Positions 8,568 through 17,977 of a stretch of 64,000 bases of DNA are shown here, piece after piece (position 1 is the stretch's first letter; the number at the start of each line of letters is the position of its first letter). The stretch covers positions 32,001 through 96,000 of the forward strand of contig JAVJQW010000006.1 in NCBI GenBank assembly GCA_040218735.1, given 5' to 3'. The notes under the pieces were generated by a model. It made no database searches and was not told where the DNA came from. It saw only the letters and a list, made by a program, of their open reading frames with translations. The position numbers and the translations under genes are program-made. The stretch is from Deltaproteobacteria bacterium. GTDB taxonomy: Bacteria; Myxococcota; Kuafuiibacteriia; Kuafuiibacteriales; Kuafuiibacteriaceae.

Positions 8568-10682
8568 TCAAACCCGTGTTTCGAGGCTCTCCCAGGCGCT
8601 CGCGTTCGTCAGGAAGGTGGCCCGAGCGCGGAGCTGCTCCAGGATGCGCTCCTTGGTCCATCGGGGGCCCGTCTCGTCGAGGCGGTCATCTGTCAGATCG
8701 GCGTAGACGGCAGCCTCCTCGAAGAAGGTGAACAGCCCATCGTCGATCAGCTTCTGGGCTTCTCGCTGCATCTCTTCAGGCGTCGCCGAGAAGACCGGGT
8801 GGCTTTCGCCAATCTGACCTTTGAGGTGCGCCAGGAATCCCGCGACGTGCGGGTCGCAGTCGAAGTGCCGTGCCTCCTTGGCGCGACCACGGGGAGTCGA
8901 GTGGATCGTCCCGCCGAAGTCGATGAAGCAGACGCCGTCCAGCCCACGAAGCAAGCTCTGCGGGCCATCCATGTTGGAGGTGACGAGATCGAGGAGCAGC
9001 GCGCGCAGCATCAGGGGGCGCGCTTCGGGGTGGTCGACGAGGAGCTTCGTGATGGCGGCCTCGTTGGTTTCTCGTCCGTTCCAAGAGCTGCTGACCTCCT
9101 CCGCGTTCGGTATCTCGGGAATGGCGACGCCGGCACCGTGCTCCTTGACGAGACAGCGCTGAACTTCGGTCGCGGGAAGGCCGCATCGTCTCCAGAGGTA
9201 CGAGCCGAAGAGCTCCGCTTGAAGTTGTCTCGGCGGGCCGAGCTTCACCAGGTGCCGCTTCCTGTTCGCGGTGTACCATCCCGCGCCCGCCCGGTTGAGG
9301 ACGGTGTAGCCCTGCGGCTTGTCGGCTTCCTTGATGGGGTGCAGGAACGACACATACGGTGCCGGTCCGGTCAGGGTCAGAGTGCGGGAGACGTCGCGGA
9401 AGTCCAGTGTCGCCTGGGCGTGCTTCTCTCGCTCCAAGAGAGAAGCCTTGATCTCGGCCACGGAGATGTCTTCGAGGTCGGCGACCCGATCACCGACGGC
9501 CAGGTCGACGCCGTTGGTCCAATACAGGTCCACGCCGTTGTCGTTCGCGATTCTGCGCGCCGTGGCCTCGACGTCAGTTCCCGCGAGTCGCTTCTCGACC
9601 ACCAGAGCCTGGATGTCCTGGTCCAGCTCGACAGGCCCGTGGACCTGCACCTCGAAGTACATCTGCTCCGGGTGGTCCTGCACGCGCGACGCGCGCCCGA
9701 TCGCGATCTCGAGCATGGCCATCAGCTTGTTGTCGGGGAGCGCCAGCAACACGTGATGCGGATGTTCGAAGGTTCCGATCTCGTCTGGGCCCAAGTGGAG
9801 CGAATCGGTGTGCGAGATCGTCGATCGGGCGCGAACGCTCGGCTCGAGGACCAGGTGTGACAGACCGTAGCCGGGAGCCCCACCGAAAGCCGCGAGCTCG
9901 CCGTTGAGGGCTCCGTAGATGGGGCGCTCGTGTGGGACGAGCTCATGCTCATGGTAGGCGCCGCGGAACAGCCTCTTCTCGACGTTGTCACGAGACCCGC
10001 CAGCTTCGCCACCGGACGCGACGGGTGAGCCACTCACCTTGGTTTCGAACTGCGTTCGATACCGGCCTTGATGCTCCAACCCGTCGATCATGGGCGTGTC
10101 GTTCACGACGCGTTCGGGGTGAAGGTTCACCGTGATCGGTGCTGTGCGTTGCACGAACGTGATCAGCCGATCGAGGTCCGCGCTCGAGTAACCCAGTCCC
10201 AACACTCTCGTTCGGAGCTTGGGGGCGCCCGCCTCTGCGAGTGGCTTCGCGGCCGCGGACACCAAGTCCAGCGCGTTCTTCTGCGTTTGGTTGAGACGGC
10301 GCCGTTCGTTCCGAGACTTGAAGCGGGGAAGGATCCGAAGAGGAGCCTCACTCTTCTTCTTGGGTCGCCCAACCGCCGGGAGGGGTGTCGAGGAAGACCC
10401 GGCCGCGATCTTCAGAGCGCGGACGGGGTTGGGTGCCAAGAGCCGAATCGCGCCGCTGAGACTGTTCCACTCGTAGTGAGACGCAGTGTATTGCGTCTGC
10501 TCCGCGAGCGACCGAAGCCCCGGGGTGACGTCGAGGCCTGGGTGCTGGAGGATGTCGTCGAGGATCGTGACCAACGCCTCTTTGTCGGGCACATCCGATT
10601 GCGCGACGCCGAACCTCTCGAGAGCGGCGGCGAGACCCGTGGTGCCGAGGAGGTCGTTGCGCGTCAGACCGACTCCCCCCAT
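8568..10682 (-). CDS. DUF3626-domain protein fused to HipA/PI3-4-kinase-like domain
   Basis: TVNLHP..YRTQFET..ERPIYGALN..YG..YFEVQVHG (DUF3626-like). C-terminal LVK..QAE..GLP..DLVTSNMD..IDFG. Confidence 0.65.
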   Translation of the reverse strand: MGGVGLTRNDLLGTTGLAAALERFGVAQSDVPDKEALVTILDDILQHPGLDVTPGLRSLAEQTQYTASHYEWNSLSGAIRLLAPNPVRALKIAAGSSSTPLPAVGRPKKKSEAPLRILPRFKSRNERRRLNQTQKNALDLVSAAAKPLAEAGAPKLRTRVLGLGYSSADLDRLITFVQRTAPITVNLHPERVVNDTPMIDGLEHQGRYRTQFETKVSGSPVASGGEAGGSRDNVEKRLFRGAYHEHELVPHERPIYGALNGELAAFGGAPGYGLSHLVLEPSVRARSTISHTDSLHLGPDEIGTFEHPHHVLLALPDNKLMAMLEIAIGRASRVQDHPEQMYFEVQVHGPVELDQDIQALVVEKRLAGTDVEATARRIANDNGVDLYWTNGVDLAVGDRVADLEDISVAEIKASLLEREKHAQATLDFRDVSRTLTLTGPAPYVSFLHPIKEADKPQGYTVLNRAGAGWYTANRKRHLVKLGPPRQLQAELFGSYLWRRCGLPATEVQRCLVKEHGAGVAIPEIPNAEEVSSSWNGRETNEAAITKLLVDHPEARPLMLRALLLDLVTSNMDGPQSLLRGLDGVCFIDFGGTIHSTPRGRAKEARHFDCDPHVAGFLAHLKGQIGESHPVFSATPEEMQREAQKLIDDGLFTFFEEAAVYADLTDDRLDETGPRWTKERILEQLRARATFLTNASAWESLETRV

Positions 10683-10848
10683 ACGCTGGGTTATCGGCGT
10701 AGCTCGGAATCCGTTGCGAGGACGAGGGTTGTCGCTGATCGAAGCTGAGATGGGGCCCTACGCCGCCGTTTCCGACGTAGGTGTTGCCGATGCAGGCGAT
10801 GAGGTGTTGCTCGCCAGCGCCGTGCTTCGAAGGCGGAGACCGATGAAT

Positions 10849-11622
10849 TCAGGTCGCGGCGATCTGGAACACCTGCGACTCGAGCACCGTCTCGAAGCCG
10901 AGGTGCTCGAGCATCGGCGCCGACGTCGCTTCGCGCGCCTGGGTCGCGGCCAACGTCAGGCCTTGCTCCGCCAGGAAGCGCAGGCGGGACGCGATGAGGG
11001 CGCGGTAGACGCCGCGACCCCGGAACGCTTCGAGGACCTGCGCGCCCATGAGGAAGCCGTAGCCGTCGCGGAGGACGAGCGCGGTGGTCGCGACGATCGC
11101 GCCGTCGATGCGCGCCGCGAAGAAGTGTCCGACGCGGTCCTCGACGTTCATCGCCGCGACGTGATCGGCGACCAGCGGCGCCTCCTGATCGCGAGGTAGC
11201 CCCCAGCCAGCGGCGAAGACGCGGACGTACTCGTCGAGGCAGTCGCGATCGACCGTGACGATCTCGACGCCGCCGGGCACCTCGATCCGGTGCGACGTCG
11301 ACGTCACCATCCCGCGCATCTCGAACGCGTCGAAGCCGCGTCGCTTCAAGCGCGCCGAGAGATCGGTCGGGCGCGTCCACGGCCCGACGCGCCACTTGAA
11401 CGTGAGGCCGTGCGCGCCGTAGGTCGCGAGGGCCTCGTCGATGCACCGCTCGCCGTCGTCGACCTGTGAGTACGCGATCTCATTGAGCACGCCGCCGGGG
11501 GCGGAGGGGGTGACGAGCTGATACCAACCGGGGCGCTCGATGACCTGGGTGTCGGGGCGTCGCAGCAGTCCGGGGCCCATCGGTCCGAAGATCACGGCGC
11601 GTCGTTTGTGCTCCAGGTCCAT
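10849..11622 (-). CDS. GNAT family N-acetyltransferase
   Basis: VLEAFRGRGVYRAL acetyl-CoA motif A; SAPMLEHLGF. Confidence 0.85.
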   Translation of the reverse strand: MDLEHKRRAVIFGPMGPGLLRRPDTQVIERPGWYQLVTPSAPGGVLNEIAYSQVDDGERCIDEALATYGAHGLTFKWRVGPWTRPTDLSARLKRRGFDAFEMRGMVTSTSHRIEVPGGVEIVTVDRDCLDEYVRVFAAGWGLPRDQEAPLVADHVAAMNVEDRVGHFFAARIDGAIVATTALVLRDGYGFLMGAQVLEAFRGRGVYRALIASRLRFLAEQGLTLAATQAREATSAPMLEHLGFETVLESQVFQIAAT

Positions 11623-11647
11623 GCCGCGGTGATGCTACGAGACTTGG

Positions 11648-12538
11648 TCAGAGCGCGTAACCGAGCCCCAAGCCCAAAGTGGCCCCGAGGCCGCTGACGC
11701 CGAGCGTCGGGGATTCGTCGACGTACGCAACGAAGCCGCGCAGGGACGTGTCGGCCTGCACGGAAGCCAACGCACGGAGGGTGGTCGAGAAGCTGTACTC
11801 GACCTCGGCGCGAACGCCGGCCCGCACGAACAGGCCGCGGTCGCTCCCGGTGCCGACGGTGGTGCGCGACGACGACCCGGTCGCGATCGCGAGCCCAACG
11901 TCGGCCGCCGGTCCGAGCCCGACGCGGAGGGCATCGCTTCGGTAGGTATACTGAAGCGAAAGCAGCGCGTGGGCGACGTCGAGTCGAATCTCTCCGAGGG
12001 CCACGGAACGTCCCGCGCGTTGCCAGCCGAGGTCGACGGTCGCGGTCAGCCACGGCGTCGGCGCGACGTCCCCGCCCAGCGCGACGCCGAGCGCCCAGGC
12101 CTCACTCGATGCGAGCCTGCGTCCGACCCCGAACCCCCGTACGCCGACGTCCAACGGCGCTTCTTCCGCGGGAGGCGCGGGGGCCTCGACGGCCACCTTG
12201 GGCCCCGGCGGAGGGCCCTTCAGCCGGGCGCGGACCGACTCCCCGATCGCGAGCGCGGCGGTCCGCATGCGGGCGTCGGCCTCGACCGTTCGAAGGTCGA
12301 GCGCTACGCGGTCGGGTGGTTCGTCCGGACCGTAGTCGACGAGCGCGACGACGTCCGAGCGCTTCGCGTCACACGCCTCGAGCGTGAGCACGACTCGCAC
12401 CGAGGACGGCGCCGAACGAAGCTCGATCCCCACCAAGCGCTCGAGCTCTTCGCCCGCGTCGGGCGGACACGCGGGCGCGCTCCACGCGACGTCGGCCGCG
12501 AACAGCAGGACGGAGACGAGCGGGACGGCCGGGATCAA
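11648..12538 (-). CDS. Secreted/outer-membrane protein, probable C-terminal beta-barrel (ECF operon)
   Basis: Signal peptide, alternating beta-strands ending LGLGYAL, and 4-nt overlap with the anti-sigma gene. Confidence 0.6.
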   Translation of the reverse strand: MIPAVPLVSVLLFAADVAWSAPACPPDAGEELERLVGIELRSAPSSVRVVLTLEACDAKRSDVVALVDYGPDEPPDRVALDLRTVEADARMRTAALAIGESVRARLKGPPPGPKVAVEAPAPPAEEAPLDVGVRGFGVGRRLASSEAWALGVALGGDVAPTPWLTATVDLGWQRAGRSVALGEIRLDVAHALLSLQYTYRSDALRVGLGPAADVGLAIATGSSSRTTVGTGSDRGLFVRAGVRAEVEYSFSTTLRALASVQADTSLRGFVAYVDESPTLGVSGLGATLGLGLGYAL

Positions 12539-14313
12539 CGTTTCTTCGACCAGCGCCGAACGAGCGCCGCGCGGCGTCCGGTCGGGTAGCGCTCGAAGTA
12601 AGCGTCGGCCGCGGCCTTCGCACCTGCGTAGTCTTCGGCGCGGTAGAAGGCCTCGACGCGGCGCGCGTGGGCGTCTTCGAGCAGCGGCTTGGGCACACGC
12701 CGGGCGATGGCTTCGTCGAACGCGGTGAGGGCGCGACGCGGGTGCGCGAGATCGTCGAGCTCGACGGTCCCGAGCATGAACGCAGCGAGCCCGCCCTGCG
12801 GATGCGGGGGCTGCTGCGCGAGGATCGCCGACAGCAGCTTCACCGCGGTCTTGAAGTCACCTGCGCGCCGGGCGTCGTCGGCCGCCTCGAGCGAGGCCGG
12901 CGGCGAGGGGGCCGGCGGCGAGGTCGAGGTAGCGCCCGCGTCGCGATGGCTCGGCGTCTTCGCAGCGGCGCCCTGGCGCGAGGCGGCGTGCGCTCGCGTC
13001 GGCGATCGCGGCGCGCCAGGGGCGTCGTCCTCGCGGCCTTCGTTTGAAGCCGGCTTCGTCCCGCCGGAGGCGAGCGGCGCTCTTGGCGGCGTCGCAGTCG
13101 CTCTCGACGACGCGGTGGGCGCGCGCGACGGGGAGGATCGGGGTGACGCGGATGCTCCCGGCGCCGTGGCCGCCGTCGGCGACGCGGATGCCGCGAGCGA
13201 CGCGACAGTTCCTGCCGAAGCGGCCGAACCTCGCGACGCGACCGAACCTGGCGACACGGCGGAACCAGCCGACGCGCCCGAACCCGACGAGGCGACCGAA
13301 CCTGGCGACGCGGCCGAACCCGACGAGGCGACCGAACCTGGCGACGCGACCGAACCCGACGAGGCGACCGAACCTGGCGACGCTGCGGAACCCGACGAGG
13401 CGACCGAACCTGGCGACGCGACCGAACCTGGCGACGCGACCGAACTTGGCGACGCGACCGAACCCACCGACGCGCCCGAACCAGCCGACGCGACCGAACC
13501 CGACGACGCGACCGACCCCGCCGACGCGGAGCCCCCCCGCGACGCGGCCGTCCCGGGCGCCGCGGCCGGGCCGCGCCACTCAGCGGATCCCGGCGCGTCG
13601 TCCGGGGCCTCCCACGAGCCGCCGCGCGCCTCGCCGGCCGCCGCCTCCCCGTCCATCCGAGCCATCGAGCTCGAACGTGCGTCGAGCGCGCCCTCCCCGC
13701 GAGACGACGACGAAGCGGTCTTCACGCGGGGCGCTCCCCCGTCGCGCTGGACCGCGACGCTCTCGCCCGCCTTCAGGTGACGCACGCGATCCGGCAGGCG
13801 CTCGCCGCGGACGAGCACTTCGCCGCGTTCGACGTGCACCGTCACCGAGGCGTCGGTCCGCGCGATCGAAAAGCGCGTCCCGATCACCTCGACGGTCACG
13901 AGTCCGCACTCGATGGACCAGCGTCGGGGCCCCTTCGGTTTCACGTCGAAGGTCGCGACCCCGCGCTCCAGGTGGAACACCACCGACCGCGGCTCCAACA
14001 CCAAGGGCGCCAGCCGCGCCCCCGGCGCGATCTCGACGGACGACCCGTCCGAGTACCGCGTCGTGACCGGGGCGGTCGTCGCTTCGACGGCGACGGGCTG
14101 CGCGCCGTCTTGCGTGCGCAGCGCTTCGCGTTCGTCGAGCCGCAGGTACAGCGCACCGGCGAGGATGAAGAGCCCCGCCGCCATCGCCCACTGCGCGCGC
14201 ACCCACGTCGACCTCGGGCGCTGCTCACCCATCCGCGGCATCGCGCGACGGACGAGCGCCTCGTCGACTTCTTCCTTCAACAGATCGCGGACCGGCACGG
14301 GGAGCTTCACCAC
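12535..14313 (-). CDS. FecR-domain anti-sigma factor with low-complexity linker and C-terminal TPR-like helices
   Basis: TM helix, then YSDGSSVEI..LERGVATFDV..VEVIGTRFSI..VHVERGEV. C-terminal YFERYPTGR. GGAGG before the GTG start, which overlaps the sigma stop. Confidence 0.8.
   Translation of the reverse strand: MVKLPVPVRDLLKEEVDEALVRRAMPRMGEQRPRSTWVRAQWAMAAGLFILAGALYLRLDEREALRTQDGAQPVAVEATTAPVTTRYSDGSSVEIAPGARLAPLVLEPRSVVFHLERGVATFDVKPKGPRRWSIECGLVTVEVIGTRFSIARTDASVTVHVERGEVLVRGERLPDRVRHLKAGESVAVQRDGGAPRVKTASSSSRGEGALDARSSSMARMDGEAAAGEARGGSWEAPDDAPGSAEWRGPAAAPGTAASRGGSASAGSVASSGSVASAGSGASVGSVASPSSVASPGSVASPGSVASSGSAASPGSVASSGSVASPGSVASSGSAASPGSVASSGSGASAGSAVSPGSVASRGSAASAGTVASLAASASPTAATAPGASASPRSSPSRAPTASSRATATPPRAPLASGGTKPASNEGREDDAPGAPRSPTRAHAASRQGAAAKTPSHRDAGATSTSPPAPSPPASLEAADDARRAGDFKTAVKLLSAILAQQPPHPQGGLAAFMLGTVELDDLAHPRRALTAFDEAIARRVPKPLLEDAHARRVEAFYRAEDYAGAKAAADAYFERYPTGRRAALVRRWSKKR
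13196..13519 (-). repeat. In-frame 18-nt tandem repeat (about 18 copies) encoding GSVAS[SPA]
   Basis: Repeated GCGACCGAACC(T/C)G core on the + strand; hexapeptide repeats in the translation. Confidence 0.9.
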
Positions 14314-14903
14314 GACGCACCCTCCTCCGCCATCGACACGTGCCGGGCCACGTGCTCCTGCGCGCGTTTGATTCGGCGCTTTGCCGTCGCGAGCGAGCAC
14401 GACGTCATCCGCGCGACGTCCTCCAGACGCTCGCCTTCGACGTAGCGCAACGTCCACGCGATGCGGTCGGCCGCGGAGAGGCGCGCCAACGTTCGATCCA
14501 AGAGCGCCAGCTCCGCCCGCTGCTCGGCGGTCGCGTCCGTCGTCGCGAGCGCGGCGAGGCCCTCACTGCGCGGTTGGTACAGGCCCAGGAGCCGACGCAG
14601 CTTCCGACGCCGCAGCGCATCGTGCGCGCGCCGCACGGCGATCTGCATGAGCCACGCTTCGAAGGCGTTCGGGTTCTTCAGCCGGTGAAGCTTCGCGTAA
14701 GCGACCAGGAAGGTGTCCTGCGCGAGGTCCGCCGCCTCTTCGGGATCGCCGAGCAGGCGCGTCAGGCGCCGGATCACCGGCCGGACGTACCGCCCGAACA
14801 GCGCCTCCCGTGCCCACCGATCCCCCTTGCTCGCGAGGAGCACGAGCTCTCCGTCATCGCGTCCGGCGTCGGCGCGCGACGGGATGATTTGGGCGGCACG
14901 CAT
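14307..14903 (-). CDS. ECF-family RNA polymerase sigma factor
   Basis: AADLAQDTF (region 2), FEAWLMQIA, and region 4 LEDVARMTSCSLATAKRRI. Confidence 0.92.
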   Translation of the reverse strand: MRAAQIIPSRADAGRDDGELVLLASKGDRWAREALFGRYVRPVIRRLTRLLGDPEEAADLAQDTFLVAYAKLHRLKNPNAFEAWLMQIAVRRAHDALRRRKLRRLLGLYQPRSEGLAALATTDATAEQRAELALLDRTLARLSAADRIAWTLRYVEGERLEDVARMTSCSLATAKRRIKRAQEHVARHVSMAEEGASW

Positions 14904-14918
14904 GCGTGGTCTCTTATC

Positions 14919-14945
14919 GACGAACGGCGGGCCCAAAACGGCTCA
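14919..14945 (-). promoter_or_regulatory. Putative ECF promoter TGAGCCG-N16-CGTC (sigma autoregulation)
   Basis: Exact motif upstream of the sigma ATG; mirrored on the + strand. Confidence 0.6.
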
Positions 14946-14979
14946 CACGCGGGTAGTCTTTCTCAGGAGCCTACCGCAT

Positions 14980-15006
14980 TGAGCCGGTTCGACCGGGTCG
15001 TCCGTC
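14980..15006 (+). promoter_or_regulatory. Putative ECF promoter TGAGCCG-N16-CGTC (Ig-repeat gene)
   Basis: Same motif and spacing, ending 10 nt before GTG 15017. Confidence 0.6.
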
Positions 15007-15016
15007 TTCTCCCATC

Positions 15017-16465
15017 GTGAACAGGCACTTCTACCCTCGGGCTCTCCTCCTCGGCGCGCTGCTCGCGACCGCCTGCGCCGAACAGACCTTCGAAGCGCTC
15101 TCCTCGCCGCCTCCGATCGAGATCGACGCCACGGATCTCCCGGTCAGCGTCGATGCCGGCGCGACCGTCGCGATCGAGATCCGCGCGAAGGGCGGCGAGG
15201 GCCTCCACACGTGGCGCGTCGCGGAGGGGGCGCTCCCGCCGGGGTTGGGCCTCATGACCGACGGCAGCGCCAAAGCCGTGATCGCCGGGACGTCGGAACG
15301 TCCCTCGGTCACCACCGCGTACGACGCGACGATCGAAGTCGAGGATGTCTACGGCAACACCGGGCGCACCGAGTTTCGGCTGATGGTCTCGGTGGGCCTG
15401 ACGCCGTCGACGCTACAGATCGTCACCGCGACCGTCGCGTCGGGCCGGGTGGGCGAGGCGTACCTCGAGCAGATCGACGCGCAGGGCGGGACGAGCCAAG
15501 GGTACACGTGGTCCGTGGTGGCGGGGGCCCTCCCGTCCGGTCTCTCGTTGACGAGCACCGGCGCGCCCTCGGGGCTCGTGATCGGCGTCCCCACGCAGAC
15601 CGGCACCGTGACCGCGCGCGTGCGTGTCACCGACTCCGGCGCCAACACCGACGAGCGCGACTTCACGTTCATCATCCGCGGCCGCGATCTCTACGTCGCG
15701 ACGTCGACGCTCAGCCTCGCGTGTACGTCCTCTTCCACGACCTACCTCGAGAACCTCGAAGCGCGCGGCGGTACCGGCACCGGCTACACGTGGTCGATCG
15801 CGAGCGGCGCGCTCCCGCCCGGCCTCTCGCTGACGATCGACGGCATCATCTGGGGCCAGGTCGCGGGGAGCGGCACGTACAACTTCGTGGCGCGCGTCGA
15901 GGACAGCGCCGGCGCCAGCGCGACGCGGGCGCTCGCGATCCGCGTCTCCTGCGGCGTCATGATCCTCGACTCGAACCTCGGCGCGACGACCACGACGCGG
16001 CTCTTCGAGTATCAACTCACCGCGACCGGGGGCATCCCGCCCTATAGCTGGCTGCCCGGCGCGGAGGGCACGCCGTCCGGACTGCAGCTACTCCCGAACG
16101 GTTTGCTCCGAGGGGTGCCGACGACGACCGGGACCGTCGCGTTCGCCGTCACCGTCCAGGATTCGGCGGGCAACTACGACGTCGAGACGCTCCACCTCCA
16201 GGTCGTCGGTCCGGTCCGGATCCGGACGTCGTCCGTGGCGGATGGTTACCTCGGCGTGCCGTATTACGCGCCGCTGTCGGCGACGGGTGGTCTGCAGCCC
16301 TACGAATGGTCGGGCTGGGAGGTCCCGCCGGGCTACCAGATACTGAGCAGCGGAGCGATCGCCGGGACGGCGACCGCGTCGACCGGCTACTACCTCGCGG
16401 TGGTCTTCGTGCACGACCACTTGCAGCAGGTCGCGTCCGCGACGGTGAGCATCCGCGTGTACTGA
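15017..16465 (+). CDS. Lipoprotein with about 5 putative Ig (He_PIG-like) domains
   Basis: Lipobox LATAC; repeated GG..YTWS...GALPPGLSL...G.I.G.P units. Confidence 0.85.
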   Translation: MNRHFYPRALLLGALLATACAEQTFEALSSPPPIEIDATDLPVSVDAGATVAIEIRAKGGEGLHTWRVAEGALPPGLGLMTDGSAKAVIAGTSERPSVTTAYDATIEVEDVYGNTGRTEFRLMVSVGLTPSTLQIVTATVASGRVGEAYLEQIDAQGGTSQGYTWSVVAGALPSGLSLTSTGAPSGLVIGVPTQTGTVTARVRVTDSGANTDERDFTFIIRGRDLYVATSTLSLACTSSSTTYLENLEARGGTGTGYTWSIASGALPPGLSLTIDGIIWGQVAGSGTYNFVARVEDSAGASATRALAIRVSCGVMILDSNLGATTTTRLFEYQLTATGGIPPYSWLPGAEGTPSGLQLLPNGLLRGVPTTTGTVAFAVTVQDSAGNYDVETLHLQVVGPVRIRTSSVADGYLGVPYYAPLSATGGLQPYEWSGWEVPPGYQILSSGAIAGTATASTGYYLAVVFVHDHLQQVASATVSIRVY

Positions 16466-16472
16466 GCGCGCT

Positions 16473-16919
16473 CTACTTCCAGGCTTCGTACTTCTTCGCC
16501 GACTCCGGCCCCGCGAAGACTTGCAACCCCACCATCTCGGCGTCGCCGTTTTGGAACGTCACCTCCGCGTTGGCCGGCATGTAGATCGTGTCACCCACCC
16601 CGATCTCGCTGGCGACGCCGTCGATCGTGATCGTGCCGCTCCCCGCGAGGACGTGGATGAACTCTTCGCTCGCGTCGCGGTGCACGGGGACCTTCGCGCC
16701 GGCCTGCATCGTGAGGTGACCGACGTACGCGTTCGCGCCGCGCGCGAGGTGACGAATGGTCGCGGTCTTCGGCGGCGCCATGCCCGAGGGGGCCGCGTCG
16801 AGCTTGACGATGGTGGGTGCCATCGACGGCGCGTCGGACGCCGTCGCCGAGACGGCGGCGGTCGCGCAAGCGCCGAGGAGGAAACAGAAACAGCCGGTGA
16901 CGAGGTGCGAGTGCTCCAT
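16473..16919 (-). CDS. Cupin domain protein (exported/lipoprotein)
   Basis: PVHRDASEEFIHVLAGSG and GDTIYMPAN; LGAC lipobox. Confidence 0.82.
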   Translation of the reverse strand: MEHSHLVTGCFCFLLGACATAAVSATASDAPSMAPTIVKLDAAPSGMAPPKTATIRHLARGANAYVGHLTMQAGAKVPVHRDASEEFIHVLAGSGTITIDGVASEIGVGDTIYMPANAEVTFQNGDAEMVGLQVFAGPESAKKYEAWK

Positions 16920-16948
16920 GACTCGCCAGTGCTCGCACGAGCCGGGGG

Positions 16949-17905
16949 TCAGTTCAACGCCGCCTCGAACGCCTCGTACGCCTCGCGCGCGTCCTCGAGC
17001 AGCTCGTCGATCGTGTCGAACGTGCCGATCAGGTCGATCGTCGTGGGGTTGGTGAGCTCGGGGTCGGTGATGTTGTCGATCATGCGGTGTCCCAGTTCGT
17101 CAGCGGCCTGGAGGATGCGCGTCAGGCGCAGCTCGTCCGGCTCGTCTTCGTCGAGTGGTTTGAGAGGGGCGTGGTGGTCGAGGATCGCCGCGACGACGCG
17201 GTGGTCGAACGCCCAAGTGCGCGCGATGAGGCCGGAGAAGCCGGCGTGGAGCTCGTCGGCCGCGCGCATGAGCATCGATGCGCTCGGCGCGCCGCGGTCC
17301 TTGGAGGTCTCCGCGGACTGGCCGCCCGCGATCGCGTAGACGAACACCCGACCGAAGTCGTGGAGCAGGCCGACGGTGAACGCCTCGGCGCTCGCCGAAG
17401 GGAGCAGCGTGTCGGCGACGAGCTGCGCGTTGACCGCGGTCGCGAGCGAGTGACGGAACACTTCGCGGGCCTGCGTGCGGTAGCCGATCGAGTTGAACAG
17501 CGAAGCCTTCGCGACGATCGCCGTCACCCAGGCGACGGACTTCTGCATCCCCACGCGCACGACCGCCTCGTCGATGTGCTCGATGCGGTGGCGGCCCGCG
17601 AAGAACGCGGAGTTCGCGAGCCCGATGAACTGCGCGGCGATCACTGGGTTGTGGCGGATCGCCCGGGCGAGGTCGCGCGGGCCCGCGTTGGGATCGCTGA
17701 GGACGAGCCGCACGCGAGCGAGGTCTTCGGGGAGCTGCGGCGGCTCGAGGCCGGTGCCGCGCGCGGCGCACCGTAGCTCTTCGAGGAACGCAGGATCGTC
17801 CGGGTGTGTGGCGGCTTGCTCGAGGGCGTCGATGGCCGAGTCGAGCTGCGTGCGAATCGGCTCGACGTCGTCCGTCGGCTCACAGGCCACGAGAGGGGCG
17901 GTCAT
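16949..17905 (-). CDS. HDOD domain protein
   Basis: LPEDLARV..ANSAFF..IDEAVVRVG..HSLATA..AFTVGLLHDFG. Confidence 0.88.
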   Translation of the reverse strand: MTAPLVACEPTDDVEPIRTQLDSAIDALEQAATHPDDPAFLEELRCAARGTGLEPPQLPEDLARVRLVLSDPNAGPRDLARAIRHNPVIAAQFIGLANSAFFAGRHRIEHIDEAVVRVGMQKSVAWVTAIVAKASLFNSIGYRTQAREVFRHSLATAVNAQLVADTLLPSASAEAFTVGLLHDFGRVFVYAIAGGQSAETSKDRGAPSASMLMRAADELHAGFSGLIARTWAFDHRVVAAILDHHAPLKPLDEDEPDELRLTRILQAADELGHRMIDNITDPELTNPTTIDLIGTFDTIDELLEDAREAYEAFEAALN

Positions 17906-17977
17906 ACCCCCCTCATCGGCCTTGATGGCGAGAATTCGACCCCGAGGTTCAGTTGTTTCGTGACGAGACGTGGGGCG

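Noticed and set aside
8568-10848. Horizontally acquired island around the DUF3626-kinase gene
   Set aside because: Spot GC counts were not clearly different from housekeeping genes, and no integrase, att sites or target duplications were seen.
13196-13519. Possible CRISPR array
   Set aside because: The repeats are contiguous 18-mers with no unique spacers, in frame within a CDS, and no cas genes are present.
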